A stretch of DNA of 64,000 bases from an uncultured Verrucomicrobiota bacterium (lineage in GTDB: Bacteria; Verrucomicrobiota; Verrucomicrobiia; Limisphaerales; MWDV01). Location of the stretch: contig CAZJTM010000004.1 in NCBI GenBank assembly GCA_964548925.1, forward strand, positions 4,715-68,714, written 5' to 3'. The notes beneath the pieces are model-generated. The model was not told where the DNA came from. It searched no databases and saw only the letters and a program-made list of their open reading frames with translations. Positions 27,501-36,757 of this stretch are shown here, piece by piece (the first letter of the stretch is position 1; the number at the start of each line of letters is the position of its first letter). A program made the translations under genes and the position numbers.

Positions 27501-28257
27501 CGAACGCGCCGGCATTGCCTCCCCCGATGGTGAGGCGCGAACTCGTGTTGTTGATGTAAACGGTGCCGTTGCCTCTCCAGTAGCCATTGTGCGCGTCATA
27601 GTTCGCGCTCGCCCCGTAAACCGTGGCCGAGGTTTGCACGTGATTGGTGTTGGCGTAGGTGATCCCGGCCACCATGCGCACACCACCGCCGTTGAAAATA
27701 ACCTCACGGTTGCCCCCGCCCAGCGCCGCCGCGTTGCCCACAGCGACCGCTCCTTCCTCCAATTGGACCGGCGCGCCGAAAGTGTTGGCCGCCGTCAGAT
27801 TCAGGGTGTTGGCCCCCCTCTTGACGAAGCCCTGTTCGCTGCTGATCGCCGCGCTGATCACGGTGTCATTGAGCGGATCGGTGTTCTGCAGATTGGCCAC
27901 CGTGATTACTGGAGTTGTCGCACCGTTGGTCAGGGTCAACGCGCTGCCCTTCAGAATCCAGCCCGCTTCCGGCGAGCCGAGGCTATCCGCGTCGCCAAAG
28001 ACCAGGTTTCCGAGAGTGCGCGGCGCGTCCAGCGTCACCGCACGCAAGGCAGTTACGTCGTTGGTGAAATACGCGGTGCTGCCGGCGCCGTCGGCAAAGA
28101 CGTTGCCGAGCCAGTTGGCTGTGGCGCTCCAGTCGCCGTCCGCGTCCACATTCCAGTAACCGTCAGCGGCCCGAGAAGTGGCCGGGGCAAACAACAGGAC
28201 AGAGGCTCCGAGCAGGATTGCGAGGGTTCGCGGGATTCGAGTTCTTGGTATCTTCAT
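24508..28257 (-). CDS. Autotransporter-associated beta-strand (PATR) repeat protein, secreted
   Basis: 1249-aa ORF with signal peptide [30 protein letters not shown] followed by [18 protein letters not shown]. It contains many repeats of about 30 aa of the type G.GTLTL.G.N.YTG.T.I..G. The C-terminus is ..[17 protein letters not shown]...[11 protein letters not shown]. Confidence 0.85.
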   Translation of the reverse strand: MKIPRTRIPRTLAILLGASVLLFAPATSRAADGYWNVDADGDWSATANWLGNVFADGAGSTAYFTNDVTALRAVTLDAPRTLGNLVFGDADSLGSPEAGWILKGSALTLTNGATTPVITVANLQNTDPLNDTVISAAISSEQGFVKRGANTLNLTAANTFGAPVQLEEGAVAVGNAAALGGGNREVIFNGGGVRMVAGITYANTNHVQTSATVYGASANYDAHNGYWRGNGTVYINNTSSRLTIGGGNAGAFANFTGTISWANSLGGLTRFNLGSGSVYDLSGITLDMGTNAGRFAPRMTAANGVVRIGALKGEGTTPSLQSSEQSTGIPIYWEIGALNTDTTFAGRLMHYNNTAARIAGLIKVGTGKLTLTGSSHAYTGTTTISNGCLALTGTAALTTTPLITVVSPGRFDVAGLDSPWSTAAGQTLAGNGVVTGNVAIVQGMVSPGLTVIGTLSFSNNLSLAGSFATTNLFRVGAAANDKILVAGDLTVSEMVVVRVVPTGAVIPNGTYTLMKCGGTLSADLSNLMLDYPAQTGSLTLGVNPVAKEIYLTVSGVSSAANLTWRGNVDGQWDFTTANWLNGALASLFTTGDNVTFDDTSTRTTVDLTIEASAGSVMVNATKNYVFDTTAGTGKITGTASLLKTNTGTLTLVTDNDYTGLTTILGGNVVIGDGTNGRGKLGTGAITNNGTVTYNRPDDVTTTDRFYGSGNLVKIGWNTLTMSGPNYHTGSTILSNGVVIIPNANSYQALGSGPVVMAGGKLTVWPAGGAESGLPNAINVVDDSTLEFTSSGTYACVLTGPLSGTPGKTLNLSPTSSSTSRVRLYRPFTYDGNLDLGASTLFLAPYHSSGVQVYNGVISGIGTVLVRCAGGQAILNNPGNTYSGGTMLSQGSIGVGADSVVSGGSIVSGPLGTGPIVSTTESGTVGSCTLFASGGARTIANPITYDVGANLTTIILGGSNNLTLTGDMSLNGNDGGVNERPINVNNTALSTLAGVISDGGLAVPLTKTGNGVLVLSGLNTYTGPTHVGGGTLLVNGQISTGGVIATNGNLGGAGTILGPVTVGADANLVPGNSAIGTLTINNSLTLAGDVMIEVNKALAQTSDLVAVNGALNNTGTGTVVVTNLGATALVAGDRFQVFNKALTGGAAMAITGAGMVWSNRLALDGSIVVLSAVPTIPTAPTNVVCSVSDGKLTLSWPSGYVGWELQSNSVSVADTTMWYTVPGSAATNQMILPLDATQPQVFYRMRYPTP

Positions 28258-28950
28258 GGCTGGATCATTGTTGGGTCATGAACGACCTCGGCGCGGGGCG
28301 CTGCGAATGGGCGCTTGCTGAACTCTGTGTCGGATGGTGCTTCACCTACAGGGACGAAGGCTGCGACCAAGCTACCGTGGTCAATTCATCATTGTTAGTT
28401 TTGGCTTCTGCCCTTGATAACACAGTGCCCACGGCAATCCATCTCGATTTTCGGCAAAACAGGTTGAAAAAATTACCGCACGGCAGAGACGGGTTTTCTC
28501 AACCTCGTCGCGTTACGGCTCCTTTCGGCGGCTCCGAAGAAATGTCCCTGCCTCTTCTGCGTCGGCCGCTCGCGCGGGGCAGCCGCAACGAGGCGTAGTG
28601 GATCAAGACTGCGGTTTGGTTGCTCGGGATCAACTGCTCGGGCTGAGCCAGTGGACGAGTTCCGGCGCGGCGACTCTCTTGTCCACCCCGCGATCCTACC
28701 AGATCCCGGCCTGGGTGTTAGTCCCGCGATCGCTCCACGCGACGGCGGCGACGCCGCCCTCGACAGTCGAAACCCTCTCCGACTCTGTGATCGGCAAGAC
28801 CCGCCCTCCGCAGGCTTCGACCACGCGATGGCTTGCCGAATGTCGCCGCGCCCAGATTGCTCAACCCACTGGATGCCCCAAGACAGCTTTCTGGTTAGCT
28901 CGCGCAGATTCTCTTTTATGCGCCTGCAGCAACTTGCTACTGTCGCCCGC

Positions 28951-29943
28951 ATGCTTACAAGCCGCAGACGGAAAGGTTCAACCAAACTCGAACTGGGAAT
29001 CATCGGCGCACTGGCGTTCGCCGCCGGAGCGATGGCCGCCGATCTCCGCATCGGGATCATCGGGTGCGACACCTCGCACGCGGTGGCCTTCACGCAGGTG
29101 ATGAATGACCCCAAGGCGCAGGGCCACGTTGAGGGAGTGAAGGTCGTGGCGCTCTTCAAGGGAGGCAGCCCCGACATTCAGTCGAGCTGGTCGCGCATCG
29201 AACCCAACGCCAAGAAATTGCAGGAGGACTTTGGCGTGCGGGTCTATGATTCCATCGCAGCCCTCTGCCAGGACGTGGATTGCGTGCTGCTGGAAAGCGT
29301 GGACGGACGCCCGCACCTGGAGCAAATCCGGCCCGTGCTTGCCGCGCGCAAGCCGGTGTTCGTGGACAAGCCCGCCGCCGGGTCATTGCGCGACACGATT
29401 GAGATCTTCAAGCTGGCCAAGGCAGCCAAGGTGCCGATCTTCAGCTCCTCCTCGTTGCGATTTGCCAGCAACAACCTGGCCCTCCGCAACGGCCTGATTG
29501 GCAAGGTCACTTACTGTGAAACCTACGGCCCGTGCGAAATTGAACCCCACCATCCCGACCTGTTCTGGTATGGCATTCACGGGGTGGAGGCGCTCTACAC
29601 GGTCCTCGGAAAGGGCTGCCAGACCGTCACTCGCGGAACCGATGCGCGCGGCAAGATCGAAGTCGTCGGCCTTTGGAAGGGTGGGCGCAAGGGCGTCTTC
29701 CGCGAAGACGCGAATTTCCACGGCAAGGCGATCGGCGAGAAGGGCGAAGCTCCGGCCGGCTCGTGGGATGGTTACGTGCCGCTCGTCCGGGAAATCGTGC
29801 AGTTCTTCAAGACCGGCGTGGCCCCGGTCCAGCCGGAGGAAACCATTGAGATCATGGCGTTCATGGAAGCCGCGGACGAGAGCAAGCGCCTGGGCGGCGC
29901 GCCGGTGAAGATCAAGGACGTAATCAAGCGGGCGCGGAAGTAA
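28951..29943 (+). CDS. Exported Gfo/Idh/MocA-family NAD(P)-dependent oxidoreductase
   Basis: MLTSRRRKGSTKLELGIIGALAFAAGAMA looks like a signal peptide with an RR-containing n-region. It is followed directly by the Rossmann motif LRIGIIGCDTSHA and by ..KPVFVDKPAA. Alternative ATG at 28918. The ORF-track start at 28651 adds unlikely sequence. Confidence 0.8.
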   Translation: MLTSRRRKGSTKLELGIIGALAFAAGAMAADLRIGIIGCDTSHAVAFTQVMNDPKAQGHVEGVKVVALFKGGSPDIQSSWSRIEPNAKKLQEDFGVRVYDSIAALCQDVDCVLLESVDGRPHLEQIRPVLAARKPVFVDKPAAGSLRDTIEIFKLAKAAKVPIFSSSSLRFASNNLALRNGLIGKVTYCETYGPCEIEPHHPDLFWYGIHGVEALYTVLGKGCQTVTRGTDARGKIEVVGLWKGGRKGVFREDANFHGKAIGEKGEAPAGSWDGYVPLVREIVQFFKTGVAPVQPEETIEIMAFMEAADESKRLGGAPVKIKDVIKRARK

Positions 29944-29992
29944 GGCGCAATTGCATGGCCATCTCGCGCGCCACTCGGGTAAAGTCACGCCG

Positions 29993-32773
29993 ATGAAGCG
30001 CAGGTTGAGCAGGAGCTTGGCGATGTTGATTACCGCGGGTGTGGCGCTAGTTTCAACCGGCCCGCAGTGTCCCACCGCCACGGCGGGCGCGCGTGAGCCA
30101 GCCCAAGGAGTCTATCAGCCGAAACCAACCTGGGCGGAGACGATGCTGGCATCCCGCCGCGCGTGGCAGGCGGCGACCCAGCCCGAAACGGATCGGGCGA
30201 AGCTGCGGTTCGCCTTGGGCGAAGCCCTCAAAGCGGATTTCCCCGTCCCGTGGGACTGGGCGCTCCAAGACAGCGACGGGCGCATCGCCGAGTGGTTCGA
30301 TGCCGAAGCCGGCACCGATTGGGAACGCCGGCTCATCACCCGGGCGCTCGGCGAGTTGCCCGCGAGCGAAATGTCCTTGCGCGAGGAATTTGAAGCGCTC
30401 TGCCAAACCCAGGCGGGAGCGCAAGATCCGCGCTGGTGGAGTCTCTACCTTCGCGCTGGGACGCAGCGCCGCGCCACGCGGCTCGCGCGGTTGGCCAGCC
30501 ACGCGCCCCGCATCGTCTTCACCAAACGCCGGACGACCCGCCCTTCGTTCTTCGCTTACACGGAGGGTCAGTCCGATGCCCAGCATGAGCGGCATTTCGA
30601 TCCCAACGCCGCGCTTTGCCTGCTCGAAACCGATCCGCTCGGAAGCGGCTTCGACGCGCCGGTCAAAGTCAAGGGGGCGTTTGGCCAGATGCGCACGCTG
30701 CTGGCGGACGCGGGCGGCGTGATTCGCGATCCGGCGGCTTCTTGGGACGGGCGACGGGTGCTGTTTGCGTGGAAGAAGTCCCTGGACGAGGACGATTATC
30801 ACCTCTACGAGCTGAACGCGGCGTCCGGCCAGATTCGGCAGATCACCGGCGGCCTGGGCTTTGCCGACACCGAGCCCGCCTACCTGCCGAACGGCCACAT
30901 CGTCTTCGCCTCGACGCGCTGCGTGCAGACGGTGGATTGCTGGTGGACGGAGGTCAGCAACCTCTACACGTGCGACGCCGACGGCCGTTTCCTGCGGCGG
31001 CTCGGCTTTGACCAGGTGCATACGGTTTATCCGCAGGTTTTGGATGATGGGCGCGTGATTTACACCCGCTGGGACTACAACGACCGCGGCCAAATTTTTC
31101 CGCAGGCGCTCTTCCAAATGAACGCCGACGGCACCGGCCAGGCGGAGTTTTACGGGAACAACTCCTGGTTTCCCACCACCATCGGCCACGCGCGCGGCAT
31201 TCCCGGCACGGAGAAGGTGCTGGCGGTCTTGATGGGGCATCACTCGGCGCAGGCCGGTAAACTCGGCATTCTGGATCCAGCCAAGGGACGGCAGGAGAAT
31301 ACCGGCGCCCAACTGGTCGCGCCGGTGCGGCAAACTCCGGCCGAGCGCGTTGACGCCTATGGCCAGGCTGGCGATCTATTTCAATACCCCTACCCGCTCA
31401 CGGCAACAGAGTGCCTCGTCGGCTACGCGCCGCTCGGCTGGACCGAGGCGCACGCGGCGAAAGGCGGCGCGGACTTTGGCATCTACTGGATGCACGTGGA
31501 TGGCCGGCGCGAGTTGCTGGCCACGGACGCTTCCTTGGCTTGTCAACAGCCCGTGCCCCTGATCGCGCGCACGCCGCCACCCGCTCGTCCCAGCGCGGTG
31601 GACTATCGGAAAACCACCGGCACCTACTACATGCAGGACGTTTACGCTGGGGCGGCGCTCGCCGGAGTCCCGCGCGGCACGGTGAAAAAGCTACGGGTAA
31701 TCGCGCTCGAATTCCGCGCGGCGGGCGTTGGCCACAACGGCAGTGACGGGCCGGGCGGCGGAGCGCTGGTTTCCACACCCATCGCCATCGGCAATGGTTC
31801 GTGGGACGTGAAGATGGTCTTGGGCGATGCGACCGTGCATGCGGATGGCTCGGCCCACTTCACGGTACCGGCGCGCACGCCGGTTTATTTCCAGGCGCTC
31901 GACGAGCATAACCATGCCGTGCAAACCATGCGAAGCTGGAGCACGCTGCAGCCGGGCGAAACCCAGTCCTGCGTCGGCTGCCACGAATCCAAGAACCACG
32001 CCCCACCCGTCACCCAGTACGGCAATTCGCTCGCCTTGAGGGCCGGGCCGCAAACGCTCGCCCCCTTCTACGGCCCGGCGCGCGGGTTCAGTTTTCCGAG
32101 GGAAATCCAGCCGATCTTCGATCGCCACTGTGTCCGCTGCCACCACGACCGGACGCGGCGGATGGAGGCCAAGCGGCTGGACAAACCAGTCACGCGAGAG
32201 AGTGATCCGGTCTGGCGCGTGGACCTGCCCGTCGCGCGCCTCGGGAACACCGGCGTTTGGCCCTTCGCCGCTGACCACGCTGTTTCGCCGCCAGAAGCCG
32301 GTTCGACGAACCGGCCCGCGTTCAGCCTGCTGGGCACAACCCGGACCGACCCCACCGCGAAACGCTCTTGGAGCGACGCCTACCTGAACCTCACGCTGGC
32401 GTCCCCGGCGAACGGGGATGAATCGGTGGGCTCATACGGCGGGGCGTTCGACGGCCGGATGGTGAATTGGATCGGGTCGCAGTCCATTCCAACGCTCCTG
32501 CCGCCTTACAGCGCGGGGGCCTGTCGCAGTGAATTTTTACCGCTGCTGGCGGGGGGCCACCATGGGGTCACGCTCTCCCGCGAAGAACTCGACAAACTGG
32601 CCTGCTGGATTGACTTGTTCGTGCCGTATTGCGGCGACTACTTCGAAGCCCACGCCTGGAGCAACGCAGAGCTGGCGAAATACGAGCGTTACCTGGCCAA
32701 GCGCAAACGGATGGAAGCCATCGAGCAAGGAAACCTCGACGAACTCACGGGCGGGCCGCGACGAAGCGAATGA
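29993..32773 (+). CDS. Secreted TolB/PD40-like beta-propeller protein with two CXXCH motifs (Planctomycete-cytochrome-C-like C-terminal region)
   Basis: The ATG at 29993 gives MKRRLSRSLAMLITAGVALVS. The stretch YHLYELNAASGQIRQITGG..DTEPAYLPNGHIVFAS is PD40-like. CVGCH is at 31970-31984 and CVRCH at 32129-32143. The second motif sits in the context EIQPIFDRHCVRCHH, which resembles the PSCyt1 (PF07635) pattern. Confidence 0.75.
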   Translation: MKRRLSRSLAMLITAGVALVSTGPQCPTATAGAREPAQGVYQPKPTWAETMLASRRAWQAATQPETDRAKLRFALGEALKADFPVPWDWALQDSDGRIAEWFDAEAGTDWERRLITRALGELPASEMSLREEFEALCQTQAGAQDPRWWSLYLRAGTQRRATRLARLASHAPRIVFTKRRTTRPSFFAYTEGQSDAQHERHFDPNAALCLLETDPLGSGFDAPVKVKGAFGQMRTLLADAGGVIRDPAASWDGRRVLFAWKKSLDEDDYHLYELNAASGQIRQITGGLGFADTEPAYLPNGHIVFASTRCVQTVDCWWTEVSNLYTCDADGRFLRRLGFDQVHTVYPQVLDDGRVIYTRWDYNDRGQIFPQALFQMNADGTGQAEFYGNNSWFPTTIGHARGIPGTEKVLAVLMGHHSAQAGKLGILDPAKGRQENTGAQLVAPVRQTPAERVDAYGQAGDLFQYPYPLTATECLVGYAPLGWTEAHAAKGGADFGIYWMHVDGRRELLATDASLACQQPVPLIARTPPPARPSAVDYRKTTGTYYMQDVYAGAALAGVPRGTVKKLRVIALEFRAAGVGHNGSDGPGGGALVSTPIAIGNGSWDVKMVLGDATVHADGSAHFTVPARTPVYFQALDEHNHAVQTMRSWSTLQPGETQSCVGCHESKNHAPPVTQYGNSLALRAGPQTLAPFYGPARGFSFPREIQPIFDRHCVRCHHDRTRRMEAKRLDKPVTRESDPVWRVDLPVARLGNTGVWPFAADHAVSPPEAGSTNRPAFSLLGTTRTDPTAKRSWSDAYLNLTLASPANGDESVGSYGGAFDGRMVNWIGSQSIPTLLPPYSAGACRSEFLPLLAGGHHGVTLSREELDKLACWIDLFVPYCGDYFEAHAWSNAELAKYERYLAKRKRMEAIEQGNLDELTGGPRRSE

Positions 32774-32788
32774 GATCGCCGGGGCGCG

Positions 32789-33355
32789 TCAGCCCAGCTT
32801 CAAAAAGTTCTCCAGAATCTGCCGACCGTTCTCTGTGAGGATGCTCTCCGGGTGGAATTGCACGCCCCAAATCGGGTGTCGCTTGTGCCGCACGCCCATG
32901 ATCTCGCCCTCCTGTGTCTCCGCCGTGATCTCCAGGCAATCCGGCACGGACGCGCGCTCGATCACCAGCGAGTGATAGCGGGTGGCGGCAAACGGATTCG
33001 GCATCCCGGCGAACAAGTCCTTTCCGTTGTGCTGAATCAACGACGTCTTCCCGTGCATCATGCGGTAGTTCACGATCACATTCCCGCCGAAGACGTGCCC
33101 GACGCACTGGTGTCCCAGGCATACCCCCAGGGTTGGAATCGTCGGCCCGAACGTGCGGAGGATGTCGCAAGAGAGTCCGGCATCGCGCGGCGAGCGCGGC
33201 CCGGGTGACACCAGGATCCGCTCCGGCGCGAGCGCCCGCACCTGCTCCACGGTGATCTGGTCGTTGCGACGCACCTCCAACTCCACCCGCATCTCCCCGA
33301 GGTACTGCACGAGGTTGTAGGTGAACGAGTCGTAATTGTCTATGACCAGCAACAT
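32789..33355 (-). CDS. trpG: Glutamine amidotransferase, anthranilate synthase component II / aminodeoxychorismate synthase component II
   Basis: [21 protein letters not shown].., catalytic Cys in GVCLGHQ, and His/Glu in VQFHPES. ATG at 33355. The listed start at 33367 is a TTG. The sequence alone cannot separate trpG from pabA, and no trpE or trpD is adjacent. Confidence 0.85.
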   Translation of the reverse strand: MLLVIDNYDSFTYNLVQYLGEMRVELEVRRNDQITVEQVRALAPERILVSPGPRSPRDAGLSCDILRTFGPTIPTLGVCLGHQCVGHVFGGNVIVNYRMMHGKTSLIQHNGKDLFAGMPNPFAATRYHSLVIERASVPDCLEITAETQEGEIMGVRHKRHPIWGVQFHPESILTENGRQILENFLKLG

Positions 33356-33465
33356 AACGGTGCGCAACTCTAGCGGAACAACGCCCGCGGAGAAAATGGA
33401 AATCCATTGTCCTACGCCTCAAGTTGAGGGCAGGCCCTCACCCTCCCCGTGAACCTTGGGCGGGG

Positions 33466-33533
33466 GCGGCGTCTCGGCTGAGCGCCGCAGTGTTTTTGAG
33501 GAGGAAGATGGCGGCGCTTTACCGAGACGCCGC
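33466..33533. promoter_or_regulatory. Long interrupted hairpin (12 + 8 bp) in the divergent trpG / pseudopilin intergenic region
   Basis: gcggcgtctcgg (33466-33477) pairs with ccgagacgccgc (33522-33533). agcgccgc (33481-33488) pairs with gcggcgct (33511-33518). The 22-nt loop is agtgtttttgaggaggaagatg. Function and transcribed strand are unknown. Confidence 0.4.
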
Positions 33534-33756
33534 TACAGTTCGCGGGTTCAGAGCGCACAACTTCATTGGGGGGAATCTCTCCCCGCAAACATCTTGCGCC
33601 TTGAGGTCCTGGCCTGTGCCAAGGTGGGGTTGGCAGGGATTCGGGGCAGGCGTGGCGGTCAGAACAAAGTCGGCGGTGGTGGAATTTTGCGCTTGCCAAT
33701 CCCAAGTTGGAAGGGCCTGAATTGGGCAACGCACAAACCAGTCAGCCTGACAGGCC

Positions 33757-34557
33757 ATGAGAAATGCAGTTCTTCTTTCTACGGACCGCTCCGGTGTCCG
33801 GCGGCATGTGAGACGCGGTGTCGGTTTCACCTTGATCGAACTATTGGTGGTCATCGCCATCATCGCCATTCTGGCGGCGATGCTCTTGCCGGCGCTCGGC
33901 AAGGCCAAAGCCAAGGCCGGACAGTCGGCGTGTTTCAACAACCTCAAGCAGCTCACACTTGGCATGATGATGTACCTTGACACGTACAACGGCGTGTTCC
34001 CCGCATGCGCCTCCCGCAGCACGTATGACTTTCAAGTCGAGGATTGGATCTACTGGCGCTTGAACCGGCCTGGCTACGCGGTCAAAGACAGTCTGATCGT
34101 GGCGCAAATCGGCAGCGCCAGCAGCAACTTGTTCCGCTGCCCGCTCGACCGGGACGATCGCCAGCGGATCATTGAGACGGGCCAGCCGGGCAGCGACCCC
34201 GGTCCTTACATGTTCAGTTACAGCATGACCAGCATCGGGGTGGTCAACAACCAAAGTGGCGGCATCACCTCAATCCGCGACACCTCCCGTCGCTGGTACC
34301 CCTTCAAGCAATCGGCCATCCGCAATCCGGCGAAGAAATTCATGCTGGCGGAAGAGCAGACCGTCATCCGCGGGCCGGAATGTTCCGACCCCAACCGCAA
34401 CATCCTCAACGACGGCCGTTTCGTTCCGGGCGGCAGCGACGTGTTGACCAGCCGCCATAACAAGCGGGCGAACTCCGGGTTCGCCGACGGCCACGCGCAG
34501 ACCGTCAAGTGGCAACTCGGTGATGACCTCAACAACCTGGACCCCACCCGTCCCTGA
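33757..34557 (+). CDS. Prepilin-type N-terminal cleavage/methylation domain protein (H-X9-DG pseudopilin-like)
   Basis: [54 protein letters not shown]. The C-terminal [17 protein letters not shown] has exact H-X9-DG spacing. Confidence 0.85.
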   Translation: MRNAVLLSTDRSGVRRHVRRGVGFTLIELLVVIAIIAILAAMLLPALGKAKAKAGQSACFNNLKQLTLGMMMYLDTYNGVFPACASRSTYDFQVEDWIYWRLNRPGYAVKDSLIVAQIGSASSNLFRCPLDRDDRQRIIETGQPGSDPGPYMFSYSMTSIGVVNNQSGGITSIRDTSRRWYPFKQSAIRNPAKKFMLAEEQTVIRGPECSDPNRNILNDGRFVPGGSDVLTSRHNKRANSGFADGHAQTVKWQLGDDLNNLDPTRP

Positions 34558-34596
34558 CTTCGCGCCACTCTCCCTCCGCCATTTGCCACCAAGTTT

Positions 34597-34956
34597 ATGA
34601 AGCGCGCCACGATCATTGCTCTTGCTGCCCTGAGCCTTCTGGGTTGCGGCAAACCGACTTCGCCAACCAATGGGGCAACTCCATCAGGCAAGACCGGGAC
34701 TGAGCAGCCTGCAACTCCACCGCCGAATTACGTCGCCGCGACCGCTGAGAACAAGCCGGCCGAGAATGTGTCCGGCGTGGTTAACCCCTTTCTCACCGAG
34801 CAACTCCGGCTCTTCATTCGGGAGAAAGGACGGACGCCGGAAAGCTTCACCGAGTTGGCGCGCGCCCGATTGGACAGTGTTCCCCGCCCCCCCGAGGGCA
34901 TGAAGTGGGTGATTGACGCGACCAGCAAAGAGGTCAAAGCCGTGCCGGCTCAGTGA
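34597..34956 (+). CDS. Small putative lipoprotein, unknown function
   Basis: MKRATIIALAALSLLGCGKPTS contains a lipobox-like LLGC. A Pro/Thr-rich linker precedes a C-terminal domain of about 60 aa. The gene lies 39 nt downstream of the pseudopilin-like gene on the same strand. Confidence 0.6.
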   Translation: MKRATIIALAALSLLGCGKPTSPTNGATPSGKTGTEQPATPPPNYVAATAENKPAENVSGVVNPFLTEQLRLFIREKGRTPESFTELARARLDSVPRPPEGMKWVIDATSKEVKAVPAQ

Positions 34957-35033
34957 CCCGGCGACCGCCGGATCACGCGGCAAGTCGCCCACGAGTCGGG
35001 GCGGTGAATTGATTCTGCCGCCGTGCCGGTTGC

Positions 35034-36185
35034 TTACGGCTTCAGTTCCGGCACCTCCACCCACGCCCGCTTGGCCCAAGACTCCAGGCCCTTCTCGGCG
35101 AGTTGCACGCCCTTCGCGCCTTCCAGCAGCCCCCAGCGGAACGGCTCGCCAATCACGACGTGGCGCAGGAAGAGTTCCCACTGGACTTTGAAGGCGTTGT
35201 CGAATGTTTGGTAATCCGGCACGCGTTCCCAAGCGTCGTAAAAATTGATCGGGTTCGGGATGTCTGGATTCCAAACCGGCCGCGGTGTGGCGCTGGCGTG
35301 TTGCACCACGCAATCGCGCAAGCCCGCAACCGCCGAGCCTTTCGTGCCGTCCACTTGGAGCGTGAGCAGATCGTCGCGCCGGACACGCACGCACCACGAA
35401 GAGTTGAAGTGCGCGATCACGCCGTTCTCCAACTCGAATGTCGCATACGCGGCATCATCCGCCGTGCATTTATAAGGTTTGCCCGCTTCGTCCCAGCGCT
35501 GTTTGACGTGCGTGGCGCCGAGGCACGACACCGCCTTCACCTTGCCGAAGATGTTGTCGAGCACGTAACGCCAGTGGCAGAGCATGTCCACAATGATGCC
35601 GCCGTCGTCTTCCTTGCGATAGTTCCACGATGGCCGCTGGCACGGCACGATGTCGCCCTCGAAGACCCAGTAGCCGAACTCGCCGCGCACAGAGAGCAAT
35701 TCGCCGAAGAAACCGGACTTGATGAGCATCTGGAGCTTGAGCAGGCCCGGCAGCCAAAGCTTGTCCTGCACGACGCCGTGCTTCACGCCGGCCTTCTTGG
35801 CAATCTCGTAAAGCTCATACGCCGTGGCTGTGTCGGTGGCCGTGGGTTTCTCGCAATAGACGTGTTTGCCCGCCGCGATGGCCTGCTTCACGGCGGCGGC
35901 CCGGCGGCCTGTGGTTTGGGCGTCGAAGTAAATCGTGTTGGCCGGATCAGCAAGGGTGGCGCTCAGGTCCGTCGTCCACCGAACGCCTTCGCCCATCGCG
36001 GCGAGCTTCTGGAGCTTGGCTTCGTTGCGACCGACCAGCGTAAGCTTGGGCACGATGGTTTCGCCGTCGCTGATGCGGACACCGCCCTGCTTGATGATGG
36101 CGAGCAACGAACGGATGTAGTGCTGGTTGGTCCCCATGCGTCCGGTGACGCCGTTGAGGATGATGCCGGGGGTGTGCGTCTTCAT
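35034..36185 (-). CDS. Gfo/Idh/MocA-family oxidoreductase (cytoplasmic)
   Basis: 383-aa ORF with an ATG at 36185. Motifs are GIILNGVTGRMG (Rossmann) and ..AGKHVYCEKPTA.., the family EKP motif. Confidence 0.85.
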   Translation of the reverse strand: MKTHTPGIILNGVTGRMGTNQHYIRSLLAIIKQGGVRISDGETIVPKLTLVGRNEAKLQKLAAMGEGVRWTTDLSATLADPANTIYFDAQTTGRRAAAVKQAIAAGKHVYCEKPTATDTATAYELYEIAKKAGVKHGVVQDKLWLPGLLKLQMLIKSGFFGELLSVRGEFGYWVFEGDIVPCQRPSWNYRKEDDGGIIVDMLCHWRYVLDNIFGKVKAVSCLGATHVKQRWDEAGKPYKCTADDAAYATFELENGVIAHFNSSWCVRVRRDDLLTLQVDGTKGSAVAGLRDCVVQHASATPRPVWNPDIPNPINFYDAWERVPDYQTFDNAFKVQWELFLRHVVIGEPFRWGLLEGAKGVQLAEKGLESWAKRAWVEVPELKP

Positions 36186-36191
36186 GATCTA

Positions 36192-36215
36192 CGATTTACG
36201 AATTACGATTTACGG
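36192..36215. repeat. Tandem heptamer repeat CGATTTA-CGAATTA-CGATTTA-CGG immediately upstream of the oxidoreductase start codon
   Basis: Read directly from the sequence: 3.4 units of a CGAWTTA heptamer. The repeat starts 7 nt upstream of the ATG at 36185 on the gene strand. Confidence 0.7.
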
Positions 36216-36264
36216 ACCACGCGATAGCCGATTCAACGATTCAGGCAGTCCACATTTCAACATC

Positions 36265-36711
36265 TCATGCGGGCTTGTCTGTACATTGCGGGTGTGCGCC
36301 GGGCGGCAAGGGTGGCGCGTCCACGCCCGCCTTGGGCAACGTGCCGCTGAGTTCCTGCCGCCAATGGGCCACGTCACCGGCCGGCCCGTAGCAATACAGC
36401 ATTCGTAACGGCGCGTCGCCGATGTTGGTGAGCTGGTGAAAGACGCCGGGCGGAATGTAAACACACTGGCCGCTCGTGACCGTCTGACGCTCGTCGCCCA
36501 AGCACATTTCGCCTGTGCCTTCGATGACGAAATAAACTTCCTCCTGCTCCTGGTTGTGCCACGGTACCTGGCCACCCTTCGGTTCGAGCGTGACATTGCC
36601 GATGCAGAAGTTCTTGCACTGGATGGGAGCAACGCCGCCCACGAGGTTTTGGGTGCGCCGCCGCGCCGGATACCGGCGGCCTTCAATCTTGCTGAGGTCG
36701 GAAATAGTCAT
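36265..36711 (-). CDS. Cupin-domain protein
   Basis: From the ATG at 36711 the protein reads MTISDLSKIEGRRYP... The stretch G.VPWHNQEQEEVYFVIEGTGEM...VYIPPGVFHQLTN is a two-motif cupin signature. The ORF-track start at 36888 would overlap deoC. Confidence 0.75.
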   Translation of the reverse strand: MTISDLSKIEGRRYPARRRTQNLVGGVAPIQCKNFCIGNVTLEPKGGQVPWHNQEQEEVYFVIEGTGEMCLGDERQTVTSGQCVYIPPGVFHQLTNIGDAPLRMLYCYGPAGDVAHWRQELSGTLPKAGVDAPPLPPGAHPQCTDKPA

Positions 36712-36757
36712 GGTGTGGACCGAGTCACTTGCAGCGGTTAAGTCAGGTCGAGGCGGC

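Noticed and set aside
33508-33720. Small plus-strand ORF with an SD-like gaggaggaag sequence and a Trp-rich stretch (SWPVPRWGWQ) near trpG, considered as a possible trp leader peptide.
   Set aside because: It is on the opposite strand to trpG, so it cannot attenuate it. Third-position G/C is low for this genome by my count. The SD-to-ATG spacing is only about 3 nt. The minus-strand leader of trpG contains no Trp codons.
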